DNA of 63,036 bases, filler included. It is 7 parts of 7 records of this genome, joined end to end, with 100 filler letters (N's around TTAATTAATTAA, not from the genome) between each part and the next. Parts side by side here need not be neighbours in the genome. Positions count along the whole stretch, not along the records: positions 9,817 to 20,837 come from SRR31156797_6471; positions 20,938 to 35,309 come from SRR31156797_6472; 5 more parts are not named here. One strand, 5' to 3'. The first letter of the stretch is position 1. The number at the start of each line of letters is the position of its first letter. Shown piece by piece: positions 19,629-30,817 of the stretch. The notes beneath the pieces are model-generated. The model was not told the origin of the DNA and searched no databases. It was given only the letters and a program-made list of their open reading frames with translations. The position numbers were made by a program, and so were the translations under genes.

Positions 19629-20333
19629 ATGTTAAAAAAATTAACTCTTAGCTGTATTACAACTTTAGTTTTAGCAAGTTCAGCACTTGCATTAAATGAA
19701 CCTCATACAGTAAAAGTTCTAGAAACAAAAGATGCAGGTGGATACACTTATTTAAAAGTTGATGAAAAAGGTGAAGTTTTTTGGGCTGCAATAATGAAAA
19801 CTGATGTAAAAACTGGTGAAACAATAACTATCCAAGAACAAGTTTGGATGAAAAACTTTAAAAGTAAAGCATTAGACAAAACTTTTGACAAAATCTTATT
19901 TGCAGAGACTCCAAAAAGTAAAACTGAATCTATGAATATTCATAATATCCATGGAAAGATGATAAAAAAGAAACAAGAACAAGCAAAAAAGCCAAACCCA
20001 AAATTTAATGAGGGTCTTGTAATATCAGATGAAAAGCCAATAAAAGCAACTATTTCAGAACTTTATTCAAAAAAAGATGAACTAAAAAATAAAAATGTTC
20101 AAATAAAAGGTGATGTAATTCAAGTTTCTAACAAAGTTATGGGAAACACTTGGGTTAAACTATATAACGGAAAAGATGCTGTTATTTTTAGATCACCAAA
20201 CGAAGATGAAAAAGTATCTATTGGAGATGAAGTTAAAGTTGTAGGAACACTAAATACAGATGTTGATTATGGATATGGTTTCAAATATGAAGTAATAGGC
20301 GTAAACGCAAAATTTGAAATTCTAAAAAAATAA
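19629..20333 (+). CDS. Exported protein with two OB-fold-like domains (NrfJ-related)
   Basis: Signal peptide; VLETKDAGGYTY..WAA..MKNFKSKALDKTFDKILF; His-containing linker; VMGNTWV...DYGYGFKY. Confidence 0.6.
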   Translation: MLKKLTLSCITTLVLASSALALNEPHTVKVLETKDAGGYTYLKVDEKGEVFWAAIMKTDVKTGETITIQEQVWMKNFKSKALDKTFDKILFAETPKSKTESMNIHNIHGKMIKKKQEQAKKPNPKFNEGLVISDEKPIKATISELYSKKDELKNKNVQIKGDVIQVSNKVMGNTWVKLYNGKDAVIFRSPNEDEKVSIGDEVKVVGTLNTDVDYGYGFKYEVIGVNAKFEILKK

Positions 20334-20358
20334 AAAGAGTAGAAAACCTACTCTTTTA
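20334..20358. terminator. Bidirectional terminator between convergent genes
   Basis: AAAAGAGTAG-AAAAC-CTACTCTTTT. Confidence 0.75.
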
Positions 20359-20359
20359 T

Positions 20360-20836
20360 TTATCTAACATAAGAACCATTGTTAAAGTCTACAGTTGTTC
20401 CATTTACATATTCAGGACAATCTGTAGCTAACCAGAAAATAACTTCAGCAGCTTCATCAGGTTCTGCAAATCTACCACAAGGTACAGCTTTTTTAAATTC
20501 AGCTTTTCTCTCTTCTGAATTATCTTTTTGCATATCAGTTTCAACCGGACTTGGAGCAATACAATTTACAATAATTCCATGACTTCCTAAAAGTTTTGCA
20601 AATATTTTTGTTGCATTGATCAATCCTGCTTTTGCAATACCATACCAAATATCGGGATGTCCGATTTGTCCTGCAATAGAAGCAGTGTTAACTATTCTTC
20701 CATAACCTCTTTCTTTCATACCTTCACTAAATAAAGTTATTAACTCAACAGGAGCATAAAGGTCTACATTCATAATATGTTCTTTTGCTTCTAATGGATA
20801 GTTATCATAAGTATATTTTGGTTGCATATAACCTGC
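20360..20836 (-). CDS. Short-chain dehydrogenase/reductase (5'-truncated)
   Basis: GRIVNTASIAG, YGIAK (YxxxK), VNCIAPSPVETDM. Confidence 0.9.
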   Translation of the reverse strand, partial: AGYMQPKYTYDNYPLEAKEHIMNVDLYAPVELITLFSEGMKERGYGRIVNTASIAGQIGHPDIWYGIAKAGLINATKIFAKLLGSHGIIVNCIAPSPVETDMQKDNSEERKAEFKKAVPCGRFAEPDEAAEVIFWLATDCPEYVNGTTVDFNNGSYVR

Positions 20837-20837
20837 A

Positions 20838-20937
20838 NNNNNNNNNNNNNNNNNNNNNNNNNNNNNNNNNNNNNNNNNNNNTTAATTAATTAANNNNNNN
20901 NNNNNNNNNNNNNNNNNNNNNNNNNNNNNNNNNNNNN
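20838..20937. other. Artificial contig linker
   Basis: N44-TTAATTAATTAA-N44. Confidence 0.99.
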
Positions 20938-20938
20938 A

Positions 20939-21679
20939 TTTAGAATGAAACTTCTTGGTGCAAAAGTAATAGCAGTTGAGAGTGGAAGTAAAACATTAAA
21001 AGATGCTATGAATGATGCGATTCGATACTGGGTAACAAATGCAAGAGATACTTTTTATATCATAGGAACAGTTGCCGGTCCTCATCCATATCCTATGATG
21101 GTAAGAGATTTTCAAGCGATCATTGGATGGGAAGCAAGAGCTCAAATATTAGAGCTTGAAAACAGACTTCCAGATAAAGTAGTAGCGTGCATTGGTGGTG
21201 GATCAAATGCTATAGGAATATTCTCTCACTTTTTAGAAGATGAAAATGTTCGATGTGTGGGAATTGAAGCTGGAGGGCTTGGAATAGATACAGACAAACA
21301 TGGATGCTCACTAGCAAAAGGAAGCCCTGGGGTTTTACACGGCCAATGTTCATATCTTCTTCAAGATAATGATGGACAAGTTTTAGAAGCTCACTCTATC
21401 TCAGCTGGACTTGATTATCCAGGGATTGGGCCAGAGCACTCTTATTTAAAAGATCTAGAAGCTGCAGAATATGATAATGCCACAGATGATGAAGCGATGG
21501 ATGCATTTGTATGGCTTAGTAGAAAAGAGGGGATTATCCCTGCTTTTGAAAGCTCACATGCTATTGCTTATTTGAAAAAAAATAAAGAGAAATTAAAAGA
21601 TCAACTTATTGTTGTAAACCTTTCTGGTAGAGGGGATAAAGATATGGTTCAAGCTCAAAAGATATTAGATCTTGATTGA
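20939..21679 (+). CDS. trpB: Tryptophan synthase beta chain (5'-truncated)
   Basis: [37 protein letters not shown]. Confidence 0.97.
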   Translation, partial: FRMKLLGAKVIAVESGSKTLKDAMNDAIRYWVTNARDTFYIIGTVAGPHPYPMMVRDFQAIIGWEARAQILELENRLPDKVVACIGGGSNAIGIFSHFLEDENVRCVGIEAGGLGIDTDKHGCSLAKGSPGVLHGQCSYLLQDNDGQVLEAHSISAGLDYPGIGPEHSYLKDLEAAEYDNATDDEAMDAFVWLSRKEGIIPAFESSHAIAYLKKNKEKLKDQLIVVNLSGRGDKDMVQAQKILDLD

Positions 21680-21680
21680 T

Positions 21681-22559
21681 CTAATATCTAATTGAGACAT
21701 AAAAACTTATATCAAACTCCCCATCTTCACTTAAAAAGTGATTTTTTTTGTGAATGGCATAGGATGGTTTTGTAGTAGTTTCAAAATCACTAAATGGTAG
21801 CCATTCATGATATACCCACTGGATCAGCTTTAAAACATCTCCATATACCCCTTGAATATCAAATCGTGCGTATGTTCCTTCTGAAATTGTAAATTTTGGG
21901 AGTCTATTATCTTCTATTTTATCTATTTCAACAGTTTGGATACATGCAATATATTGACACTCTTCATGGGATGTAATACTTGGATTATCATGATAAAGAC
22001 CTATTTGTTGATACTCTTTTATATGATTATTTAAAACCCAAGTATAGAGTTTCTGCCAAGATTGTTTCATACTTTTATTATAGCCTTGGTGCCTTATATA
22101 ATAAGCTTGTATTGCTGGCATTTGTACAATGGTAGGTTCAAGGTTTGAAAAGTCTGCTTTTGAAAAAAGAGCGGGGTGTTCTGCTTGGGTGAGGATCTTT
22201 TTAGAAAACTCTTTATATCCACCATTTTTCCACTCCTTTGGGCTCATATGAAATCGCTCTTTAAATGCTCTTATAAAAGAAGAGTGTGAACTATACCCAC
22301 AAAGGTTTCCAATATTGGAAATTGTAGAATATTTATTAGTTAAAAGAAGATTGGATGCTTTTTGAAGCCTGATTGATTTTATAAGCTCATAGATATTTTT
22401 TCCAAAAGCATCTTTAAATATTCTATGCATATGAAACTTACTTATTCCAAGATCAAATGCTAGGGAATCGATATTGATATCTGTGTCAATATGTGTATAG
22501 ATATAAAACATAATATCATTGGCTAGTTGGGTTCTTTTTGTAAGAGTTTCTTTCTTCAT
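21681..22559 (-). CDS. AraC-family regulator with GyrI-like effector domain
   Basis: N-terminal AraC HTH (SKFHMHRIFK, GYSSHSSFIRAFK) plus YHDNP..CQY..C GyrI-like domain. Confidence 0.9.
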   Translation of the reverse strand: MKKETLTKRTQLANDIMFYIYTHIDTDINIDSLAFDLGISKFHMHRIFKDAFGKNIYELIKSIRLQKASNLLLTNKYSTISNIGNLCGYSSHSSFIRAFKERFHMSPKEWKNGGYKEFSKKILTQAEHPALFSKADFSNLEPTIVQMPAIQAYYIRHQGYNKSMKQSWQKLYTWVLNNHIKEYQQIGLYHDNPSITSHEECQYIACIQTVEIDKIEDNRLPKFTISEGTYARFDIQGVYGDVLKLIQWVYHEWLPFSDFETTTKPSYAIHKKNHFLSEDGEFDISFYVSIRY

Positions 22560-22682
22560 AGTAAAATTATAGCACTAGTAAATTAAAAATTGAGCAAAAA
22601 TAGACAATTTTATTATGACTTTAAGAGAAGAAAAAAAGACTTTTTTCTTTTACAATGGTGGATATTTTTTGTGGAGAAAATA

Positions 22683-24137
22683 ATGGTAAAAGAGATTAAA
22701 AAGATTTTAGTAGCAAATAGAGGTGAGATCGCATTGAGGATCATTCGAGCTTGTAAGGAGCTTGAGAAAATTAGTGTAGCTATTTTTTCAGAAGTTGATA
22801 CTGAGGGTGTTTGGGTGCGTAAAGCAGATGAGTGTTACCCAATTATGGGAGATCCTATACAGGCTTATTTAGATTATGAAAAGATCATTTCACTAGCAAA
22901 AAAAGCAGAATGTGATGCGATTCATCCAGGATATGGATTCTTAAGTGAAAATGCAGATTTTGCTAAATCATGTGAAAAAAATGGGATCACTTTTATAGGA
23001 CCAAAGCCTGAGCATATTGCTCTTTTTGGAGATAAAATGGCTTCAAAAGTGGCTATGAAAAAGATAGGTGTTCCAGTATTAGAAGGGACTTATGAGCCAA
23101 TAGAAGATAAAAGTCAAGGGGCAAAGATCGCTATAGAGATTGGTTTTCCTGTTATTATTAAAGCGGCATATGGAGGTGGTGGACGAGGGATGAGAATTGT
23201 TCACAAAGGGAAAGATTTTGCTTCAGCATTTGATTCAGCAGTGAATGAAGCAAAAAAATATTTTGGGCGTGGTGAAGTATTCATTGAAAAGTTTGTGGAA
23301 AATCCAAGACATATTGAAGTTCAAATTATGGCTGATAAGTATGGAAATGTGGTGCATTTAGGTGAGAGAGATTGTTCTATTCAAAGACGTCATCAAAAAG
23401 TGATAGAGATTGCTCCATCTCCTAGACTTAGAGAAAGTACTAGAAAAGAGCTTTACAGGGTTGCAACTAAAGCAATGTTTAAATTAGGATATGAAAGTGT
23501 TGGAACAGTGGAGTTTTTAGTCGATAATTATGATAGAATATACTTTATAGAAATGAACACTCGTGTTCAAGTTGAACATCCTGTAACTGAGATAATATCT
23601 GGAGTTGATATTATCCAGCGAATGATCGAAATAGCTGAAGGTGATAAACTCAAATTCTTACAAGAAGAGATAAGCTTCAGGGGGTATGCTATTGAGTTTC
23701 GAATAAACGCTGAAAATCCATTTAAAAATTTTATGCCATCTACTGGTACCATTACTAATTATATGACTCCAGGAGGTCCTGGAGTACGACTTGATACTAA
23801 TATGTATTCAGGGTATAAAGTTCCTGCAAATTATGATTCAATGATTGGTAAACTTATTGTTTGGGCACTTGATTGGGAAGGTGCTGTAAAAAAAGCAAGG
23901 CGTGCACTGGATGAATTTTATGTAGATGGCTTTCCTACAAATATTCCACTTCATAGAGAAATTGTAAAAGATATTGATTTTATGGCTGGAAATCTCGATA
24001 CTAGTTATTTGGATAAAAAATTGGATGTTTTTAATATGAATGGACAAAATTCCATTGAAAAGGAGGAGAAACGAATCTCAAAAATAGTTGCTTTTATAGA
24101 AAAGTTAAAATTAAAGAATTTAACAACAAGACATTAA
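22683..24137 (+). CDS. Biotin carboxylase subunit (pyruvate/acetyl-CoA carboxylase subunit A)
   Basis: ANRGEIA, HPGYGFLSEN, RDCSIQRRHQK, EMNTRVQVEH, YDSMIGK; ATG at 22683 with GGAG SD. Confidence 0.92.
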   Translation: MVKEIKKILVANRGEIALRIIRACKELEKISVAIFSEVDTEGVWVRKADECYPIMGDPIQAYLDYEKIISLAKKAECDAIHPGYGFLSENADFAKSCEKNGITFIGPKPEHIALFGDKMASKVAMKKIGVPVLEGTYEPIEDKSQGAKIAIEIGFPVIIKAAYGGGGRGMRIVHKGKDFASAFDSAVNEAKKYFGRGEVFIEKFVENPRHIEVQIMADKYGNVVHLGERDCSIQRRHQKVIEIAPSPRLRESTRKELYRVATKAMFKLGYESVGTVEFLVDNYDRIYFIEMNTRVQVEHPVTEIISGVDIIQRMIEIAEGDKLKFLQEEISFRGYAIEFRINAENPFKNFMPSTGTITNYMTPGGPGVRLDTNMYSGYKVPANYDSMIGKLIVWALDWEGAVKKARRALDEFYVDGFPTNIPLHREIVKDIDFMAGNLDTSYLDKKLDVFNMNGQNSIEKEEKRISKIVAFIEKLKLKNLTTRH

Positions 24138-24149
24138 AAAGGGGTTAGA

Positions 24150-24314
24150 ATGTATCAATCAGAATTAAAAATTATGAATCTTTGGGAAAATAACTATGAA
24201 GAGTATGTGGAGAAACATCTTTTAACAAAATTAGAAGCATTTAAAATGATATCTAATGAATTAAATATCTATTTAGAGATCGTTAAAAAGAAAATTGAAA
24301 ATTATAAAAAATAA
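24150..24314 (+). CDS. 54-aa hypothetical protein (not in ORF track)
   Basis: AAGGGG SD; MYQSELKIMNLWENNYEEYVEKHLLTKLEAFKMISNELNIYLEIVKKKIENYKK*. Confidence 0.55.
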   Translation: MYQSELKIMNLWENNYEEYVEKHLLTKLEAFKMISNELNIYLEIVKKKIENYKK

Positions 24315-24384
24315 TAAGAGACTATTCAGCAACTTTTTACCTATGAGAAGTGATAATATCTCTTCTAATAAACTAAGGGATTGA

Positions 24385-25068
24385 ATGGGATTTTTACAAA
24401 GACACTCAGGGAAAATAGGTACAGTTGTTGTTGTTTTATTTTTTTCTTACCTAGGGTATAATTTATATCACGCTCCTGTTGAGGGTTTAGAAAATAAATT
24501 TTTATATCTGATGAAAGAGTATGGTTATATTATTCTTTTTGGTTGGAGTATTATGGAAGGGGAGATGGGTCTTATTATGGCTGGACTTCTTAGCCATACT
24601 GGTGATATGTGGCTTCCTATGGCGATCTTTGTAGCTGGTCTTGGTGGTTTTGCTGGAGATCAGATCTATTTTTATATTGGAAGATATAATAAATCTTATG
24701 TGCATAAAAATTTTAAAAGTCAAAGAAGAAAGTTTGCTTTAGCTCATCTATTATTGAAAAAATATGGTTGGCCAATTATTTTTGTACAAAGATATATGTA
24801 TGGTATGAGAACAGTGATCCCAATCTCAATAGGGCTTACTCGTTATAGCGCAAAACTTTTTGCCTTTATCAATCTTATCTCAGCATGGTGTTGGGCAGCT
24901 ATCACCATTATTCCAGCTTGGTATTTTGGAGAAGAGATTTTAAAAGTCCTTGAAATTGTAAAACAGTACTGGTATATAGCAGTTCCTTTTGGAATGTTAA
25001 TTGCAGGGTCTATCCTATACTATTTTCATACAGCAACAAAAAAACGCAAAAAAGAGGTAATATTATGA
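24385..25068 (+). CDS. DedA-family membrane protein
   Basis: MEGE, GGFAGDQIYFYIGR, QRYMYGMR. Confidence 0.9.
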   Translation: MGFLQRHSGKIGTVVVVLFFSYLGYNLYHAPVEGLENKFLYLMKEYGYIILFGWSIMEGEMGLIMAGLLSHTGDMWLPMAIFVAGLGGFAGDQIYFYIGRYNKSYVHKNFKSQRRKFALAHLLLKKYGWPIIFVQRYMYGMRTVIPISIGLTRYSAKLFAFINLISAWCWAAITIIPAWYFGEEILKVLEIVKQYWYIAVPFGMLIAGSILYYFHTATKKRKKEVIL

Positions 25069-26459
25069 ATTTAAATTTAACAACAAAAAAAGTAGAAGCG
25101 GATCTAGAGATCGTTTTAGTAAAAAATAAAAAAATAAAAGAAAATAAAGAGCTTTTAAAATCGATTGGTTTTAAAGGGGAAGATGAAGAGTGTGTTTTAT
25201 TAGCTGAGAGTAAAAAAGTGTATGTGGGGTGTGAAAAAGATCATCATGACTCTATTAGAATAGCAATTGCAACAGCAATTAAAAAAATAAATAGTACAAA
25301 TTATGAAACAATAACAGTAAAATGTAAAAAAGATTTAAATGCTTATGTTGAAGGGCTTGAGCTTGGAAACTATAATTTTAAAAAATATAAATCAAAAAAA
25401 GATGACAAAAAAGAGAAAAATGTTTATATTGAAGTAAGTGAGATTGATAAAAAAACTCAAAAAGAGTTTGAAAGATCAGTATCAATTTGTGAATCGATCA
25501 ACATGGCAAGAGATTTTGTAAATACACCACCAGATGATTTTTATCCAGCTGTTATGGCCGAAGAAGCGATTCAAATAGCAAATGAGAATAAACTAGAGTG
25601 TAAGATCTTTGATGAAGATTATTTAGAAAGCTCTGGTATGGGTTCTATGCTAGCAGTAGGACGTGCTAGTAGACACAAATCAAAGCTTATTCACCTTACA
25701 TATAAGCCTAAGAAAAAAGCTTCAAAAAAAGTAGTATTAATAGGAAAAGGACTTACATATGATAGTGGTGGACTTAGTTTAAAACCAGGCGATTATATGG
25801 TAAGTATGAAGAGTGATAAGAGTGGTGGATGTTGTGTTATGGCTGTGATGAATACTATTGCTACTTTAGGACTTGATATTGAAGTACATGGGATCGTAGG
25901 AGCAGTAGAAAACATGATTGGTGGGGATGCATATAAACCAGACGATGTATTAACAGCTAGAAATGGCCAAACTATTGAAGTGAAAAATACTGATGCCGAG
26001 GGTAGATTAGTTCTTGCAGATTGTTTGTGTTATGCACAAGATGAGATAGAAGATATTGATTATATTATCGATTTTGCTACTTTAACAGGAGCTTGTGTTG
26101 TAGGAGTAGGGGAATATACTAGTGGTATTATGGGAAATAATACAAAACTTAATGATAAAGTAGTAGCGTGTGCCCATAAAGGTGGAGAGCTTGCTACAAA
26201 ACTAGATTTTAATAGATACTTAAAAAAGACACTAAAAAGCAATGTGGCAGATATCTGTAATATCTCAAATACAAGATATGGTGGAGCGATCACAGCTGGA
26301 ATGTTCTTAGAGAGCTTCATTACTGAGGATAATAAAGACAAATGGGTACATGTAGATATTGCAGGTCCTGCATTTGTTGATCGTGCATGGGGATATAATC
26401 CAGCTGGTGGAAGTGGAGCTGGAATTAGATTAGCAATTGAATTTTTAGAAAGTTTATAA
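25065..26459 (+). CDS. pepA: Leucyl aminopeptidase (M17)
   Basis: GKGLTYDSGG, MKSDK, NTDAEGRL, ATLTGA, HVDIAG. Confidence 0.96.
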   Translation: MNLNLTTKKVEADLEIVLVKNKKIKENKELLKSIGFKGEDEECVLLAESKKVYVGCEKDHHDSIRIAIATAIKKINSTNYETITVKCKKDLNAYVEGLELGNYNFKKYKSKKDDKKEKNVYIEVSEIDKKTQKEFERSVSICESINMARDFVNTPPDDFYPAVMAEEAIQIANENKLECKIFDEDYLESSGMGSMLAVGRASRHKSKLIHLTYKPKKKASKKVVLIGKGLTYDSGGLSLKPGDYMVSMKSDKSGGCCVMAVMNTIATLGLDIEVHGIVGAVENMIGGDAYKPDDVLTARNGQTIEVKNTDAEGRLVLADCLCYAQDEIEDIDYIIDFATLTGACVVGVGEYTSGIMGNNTKLNDKVVACAHKGGELATKLDFNRYLKKTLKSNVADICNISNTRYGGAITAGMFLESFITEDNKDKWVHVDIAGPAFVDRAWGYNPAGGSGAGIRLAIEFLESL

Positions 26460-26460
26460 T

Positions 26461-26940
26461 ATGGATCTAGACTCTATCAAAGATGATGCTCATCTTGATC
26501 TTGAAGAGCTAGCCAAAAGAAGAGCTGAAGTATATTTAAGTGAACAGTTTAAAAACCTTATTAAAGATGCTGAAGCTCATATAGAATCTATAGAGCCAGA
26601 TGATTTGGATCTTGAAGATTTAGATACTTTATTATTAGATGTGCGTGAGCCTGAAGAGTTTGCAAGTGGATATTTACGAAAAGAGAATCATCTTACCATT
26701 CCACGAGGAAAGTTAGAGTTTGTAGCTATCCAAAAGATTCATCAGCAATATGGACATGATATCCCAATTGTTACATATTGTTTTAAAGGCCCACGTGGAC
26801 TTTTAGCAGCAGAACAGCTTAAAAAAATGGGTTTTAAAAATGTGAAATATTTAAATGGTGGTTTAGTAAATTGGCTAGATTCAGGGAGAACTTTACGAAG
26901 TTATTTTGGTCAAATAGGACTTGTGGAAAAGAGAGTATAG
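26461..26940 (+). CDS. Rhodanese-domain protein
   Basis: LLDVREPEEF, CFKGPRG active loop, LNGGLVNW. Confidence 0.88.
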   Translation: MDLDSIKDDAHLDLEELAKRRAEVYLSEQFKNLIKDAEAHIESIEPDDLDLEDLDTLLLDVREPEEFASGYLRKENHLTIPRGKLEFVAIQKIHQQYGHDIPIVTYCFKGPRGLLAAEQLKKMGFKNVKYLNGGLVNWLDSGRTLRSYFGQIGLVEKRV

Positions 26941-26949
26941 ACTCTCTTT

Positions 26950-28242
26950 TTAAACATCACACTCTTTTAATAGAGGATCATCATGATCAATATATGCCAT
27001 AGTTCTTAAATGGCATTGATACTCTTTTAAATCAAACTCTTTGACTCTTGCAACTCCATCTTCAATTGCAGCTTCTGCAACAGCACTTGCAACCCAGATA
27101 AGCACCTCTTTATTAAATGGTTTTGGAATAATATGGTTTTTTCCATAAGTAAGATCAGGATCATTATATGCAGCTTTGACATAGTATGGAATTGGTTCTT
27201 TGGCAAGTTTTGCTAAAGCTTTAGCTGCAGCCATTTTCATATTTTCAGTGATACTTGAAGCTTGTACATCTAATGCACCTCTAAATATAAAAGGAAAACC
27301 TAATACATTATTTACTTGGTTTGGATAGTCGCTTCTGCCTGTTCCAATAATAGCATCATCTCTTACTTCAAGAATCTCTTCAGGCATAATTTCAGGAGTT
27401 GGATTTGCAAGCACAAAGATAATAGGATCTTTTGCCATAGAAGCTACCATCTCTTTAGAGACAGTTCCAGCTTTACTAAGTCCTAGTAATACATCAGCAT
27501 CTTTAATCGCTTCTTCTAAAGTTGTAAAATCTGTTTGAGATATAAACTCTTTTTTATACTCATCAATATTATCTCTTTTGTGATTGATCACCCCTTTAGA
27601 GTCACACATAATAATGTGTTGTACTCCTAGGTTTCGATACATTCTAGCACAACTCATTGCTGCCCCACCAGCTCCACTAATCACTACTTTGATATCTTCT
27701 ATTTTTTTATCTACAAGCTCAACAGAGTTCATAAGTGCAGCAGTTGTAATAATCGCAGTTCCATGTTGATCATCATGCATCACAGGGATATTGACCCGTT
27801 TTTGAAGCTCCTGTTCAATTTCAAAACATTTTGGGGCACCTATGTCTTCTAAATTGATTCCTCCAACACTCGGGGCAATTGCTGCACACACATCGATGAT
27901 GCTTTTTGCATCATGAACATCAAGTTCAAGATCTATCCCATCTACATTGGCAAATTTTTTAAAAAGGACCACTTTTCCTTCCATTACAGGTTTTGCTCCA
28001 AGTGGACCAATATCTCCTAGTCCTAAAACGGCACTCCCATCACTAATAACTGCTACAGTATTTCCTTTTGCAGTATATTTATAAGCTAAGTGGGGATTTT
28101 TTTCAATTTCTAGACAAGGTACAGCAACCCCAGGCGAATATGCGATTGAGAGGTCCTTTTGGGTTTCACACTCTTTTTTTACATGGGTACTTATTTTCCC
28201 ACCTTTATGATATTCTAAAATCTCTGTATCTGTTAGTTTCAT
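26950..28242 (-). CDS. NAD(P)-dependent malic enzyme (short form, no PTA domain)
   Basis: [38 protein letters not shown]. Confidence 0.95.
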   Translation of the reverse strand: MKLTDTEILEYHKGGKISTHVKKECETQKDLSIAYSPGVAVPCLEIEKNPHLAYKYTAKGNTVAVISDGSAVLGLGDIGPLGAKPVMEGKVVLFKKFANVDGIDLELDVHDAKSIIDVCAAIAPSVGGINLEDIGAPKCFEIEQELQKRVNIPVMHDDQHGTAIITTAALMNSVELVDKKIEDIKVVISGAGGAAMSCARMYRNLGVQHIIMCDSKGVINHKRDNIDEYKKEFISQTDFTTLEEAIKDADVLLGLSKAGTVSKEMVASMAKDPIIFVLANPTPEIMPEEILEVRDDAIIGTGRSDYPNQVNNVLGFPFIFRGALDVQASSITENMKMAAAKALAKLAKEPIPYYVKAAYNDPDLTYGKNHIIPKPFNKEVLIWVASAVAEAAIEDGVARVKEFDLKEYQCHLRTMAYIDHDDPLLKECDV

Positions 28243-28288
28243 AACCTATCCTATATATTGAAGTAATAAGCTGAAATTATAACAAAAT

Positions 28289-29986
28289 CTATTTGTATTT
28301 TATGTTAGGTAAGAGTATAGTAAAAGCACTTCCAGAGTTTAGTTTACTTGACACTTCTATTGTCCCTTTCATCATTGTGATGATCTGCTTTGATATTGAA
28401 AGCCCAAGTCCTGCACCCAAAGAGCTTCCTTCGCTTTTATTGTTATTACACATTGTAAAATTATTAAATATAATAGGAAGATCGCTCGATGCGATTCCTA
28501 TACCTGTATCATAAATAGCGATTATAAGATCAAGGGAGTTTTTATTTTTATTGGCTGTATTAATTTCAACACGTACATATCCAGAATGAGTGAATTTAAT
28601 AGCATTATCTATAATATTTTCTACAGCTTGATTAAATCTGATTTGATCAATATAAAGTTGAAATTTTGAAAAATCATCATCTATTTTCATAATAAAGTCA
28701 ATATTTTTGTTAGAGCTTAGTGCTTTGTATTTTTTATTATATGTTTTGAGTATTTTTGATAGGTCTGTAAAGTGCTCATTGAGTTCAAGTTCACCTGATT
28801 CTATTTTAGCAATATCTAAGACATTATTGATAACATCAGAGAGTGATTCTATAGAATGAAAACTTTTAATGAGGTATTTTTTTTGTTTAGAACTTAGATC
28901 AGTTTTTTCTAATAACTGTAAAAAACTAATGAGTTCATTCATTGGAGTTCTTATCTTATGGGACATATTTGATAAAAACTTATCTTTAAGTCTATTTGCA
29001 AGAAGGGTTTGGTTATTTGATTCAAGAAGCTCTTCTTGTGTAGTATTGAGTTTTTCAAGAGTAAGGATAATAGAGTTTTGAATTTCACCTAGTTCATTAA
29101 ATCTATTTTTATTCCCTTTGACTTGATTAATAAGCTCTTTTAATTCTATATTTTGGGATGAAAACTCTAAAAGAAGTTTATTGAGGTTATTAAAAGGCTT
29201 TAAAATCTTACCAATAAAATAATAGATAAACCCTCCTGATAATATGAGCAAAAAGATGATAATATAGTTTTGTTTTGTTTTTTGTTTTAATATCTCCTCT
29301 TGTTTGAATTGAAGATTTACATAATATGATAAGTTTTTATTGATATTGATTTTTGTAAAATAGCTTTCAAAGTTTTCGTCAAAATTATTTATAAATGAAC
29401 CGTTTTTTTGAAACTCCATATAAAGATGATCAATTGAGAGAGAGTTTAAAAAGTTTTTATCTATTATATGTGAAGTGATCACATATCCTATAAGAGTAAC
29501 ATCATATTTATAGATAGGTTTGATGGTCATTAGTTGATATTTTTTATCAAAATATACTGTGTAAGGATTTTGTTGAAAGTTTGTTTCTTCTAAAATAAAA
29601 TCTAAATTTGTATCTTTAATAGAGTCATTAAAATGAAACTCATCACTTGCACGTGTTAAAATAACCCCTTTTGTATCAGTAAAGATCACTTCTGTTATAA
29701 TTTGTGTTTGACTAAATTTCTTTGCTCTATTATATAAAAAGTCCACATCACGCATCTCTATCCCATTAATAACAAGTTGGCTCGTTGCAAGAAGTTGAGC
29801 AATTTTTTCAGAGACAGCTTTTTTCTTTTCAAGTTCTGCTTGAATATTATGAGAGACCGTATCTACTCTATTATGTAATCTTTCATGAAGGATCTTTTCA
29901 AGTTTTAAATTTTGATAATAGTTATAGCTAAGTATAATAAGAAGAGGTAAAAGAGTTAAAAAAAGAATTTGTGATAGTAGTCTCAT
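28289..29986 (-). CDS. Membrane sensor histidine kinase with altered H-box
   Basis: Two TM segments, extracytoplasmic domain, SHKIRTPM, NAIKFT, DTGIGI, GAGLGLSI. Confidence 0.88.
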   Translation of the reverse strand: MRLLSQILFLTLLPLLIILSYNYYQNLKLEKILHERLHNRVDTVSHNIQAELEKKKAVSEKIAQLLATSQLVINGIEMRDVDFLYNRAKKFSQTQIITEVIFTDTKGVILTRASDEFHFNDSIKDTNLDFILEETNFQQNPYTVYFDKKYQLMTIKPIYKYDVTLIGYVITSHIIDKNFLNSLSIDHLYMEFQKNGSFINNFDENFESYFTKININKNLSYYVNLQFKQEEILKQKTKQNYIIIFLLILSGGFIYYFIGKILKPFNNLNKLLLEFSSQNIELKELINQVKGNKNRFNELGEIQNSIILTLEKLNTTQEELLESNNQTLLANRLKDKFLSNMSHKIRTPMNELISFLQLLEKTDLSSKQKKYLIKSFHSIESLSDVINNVLDIAKIESGELELNEHFTDLSKILKTYNKKYKALSSNKNIDFIMKIDDDFSKFQLYIDQIRFNQAVENIIDNAIKFTHSGYVRVEINTANKNKNSLDLIIAIYDTGIGIASSDLPIIFNNFTMCNNNKSEGSSLGAGLGLSISKQIITMMKGTIEVSSKLNSGSAFTILLPNIKYK

Positions 29987-30817
29987 CTATTCACCCTGAC
30001 CCATTTTAACAAAATAGTTTACATCTCTAACGATATCATAAAAACTATCATCTTTTACACTTACACCTTTAAAATCACCATTATAGTTTTTAAAATAATC
30101 ACTAGTTTGAGCTTCGATAAATATCTCTTTTAGTTTAGCGATGATTCTAGGATAAAGATGACCCCCTGCAACTATTGGATCTGAGGGGATTGGAGGTGAC
30201 TTTAAGATAATATGATAAATATCTCCATGGTCTTCAATTGCTTTTTTAAAAGAGGTGATAGAACAGCCTCCAGCATCAATAGCTTTACTTGCTACTGCAT
30301 CATATATTTTATAGTGTTTTTTTAACATTGATATAGTATTAAAATATTTTTTAGGATCTTTTACTCCAGCATTATAAAGCATATAGTTTGGATAGATATA
30401 TCCAGAAGTGGAACCTACATCAGTAAAAGCAAAATTTTTCCCTTGAAGATCTTTAATTGTTTTTATATGGCTATCTTTTCGTGAAATAATAAGACTATAA
30501 TAGTGATCCTCAGGAAGTTTAATAGTAGCTAAATAAACTAAGTATGGATCTTTTTGTTTAGCTTCAACATAAGAGTTTGCCCCAAACAAAGCAACATCTA
30601 CTGTTTTTTCTTTGACTCTTAGCGCAAGTTCAGCATAGTTTTTTGCTACCATAAAGTTTATTTTATATGATGTTTTACTCTCTATAAGATCAAAAAGAGG
30701 TTGGTAAAAGTTTTTTAGATCATTTGGAGTTTTCCAAGGAACAGTGGCTATATTTAAAATCTCTTTTGCAAGAATGATTTGTGAGAGGATGAGGACTGAA
30801 AATATTATTTTTTTCAT
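29987..30817 (-). CDS. PhnD/PtxB-like periplasmic binding protein
   Basis: Signal peptide, FAFTDVGSTSGYIYP, SPPIPSDP; abuts the kinase gene. Confidence 0.85.
   Translation of the reverse strand: MKKIIFSVLILSQIILAKEILNIATVPWKTPNDLKNFYQPLFDLIESKTSYKINFMVAKNYAELALRVKEKTVDVALFGANSYVEAKQKDPYLVYLATIKLPEDHYYSLIISRKDSHIKTIKDLQGKNFAFTDVGSTSGYIYPNYMLYNAGVKDPKKYFNTISMLKKHYKIYDAVASKAIDAGGCSITSFKKAIEDHGDIYHIILKSPPIPSDPIVAGGHLYPRIIAKLKEIFIEAQTSDYFKNYNGDFKGVSVKDDSFYDIVRDVNYFVKMGQGE

Noticed and set aside
22590-22682. N-terminal extensions in the ORF track (biotin carboxylase; likewise sqr 4176, dehydrogenase 33294, Rep 49254, LysE 58520)
   Set aside because: Downstream ATGs have better SD sites and/or match the family N-termini.
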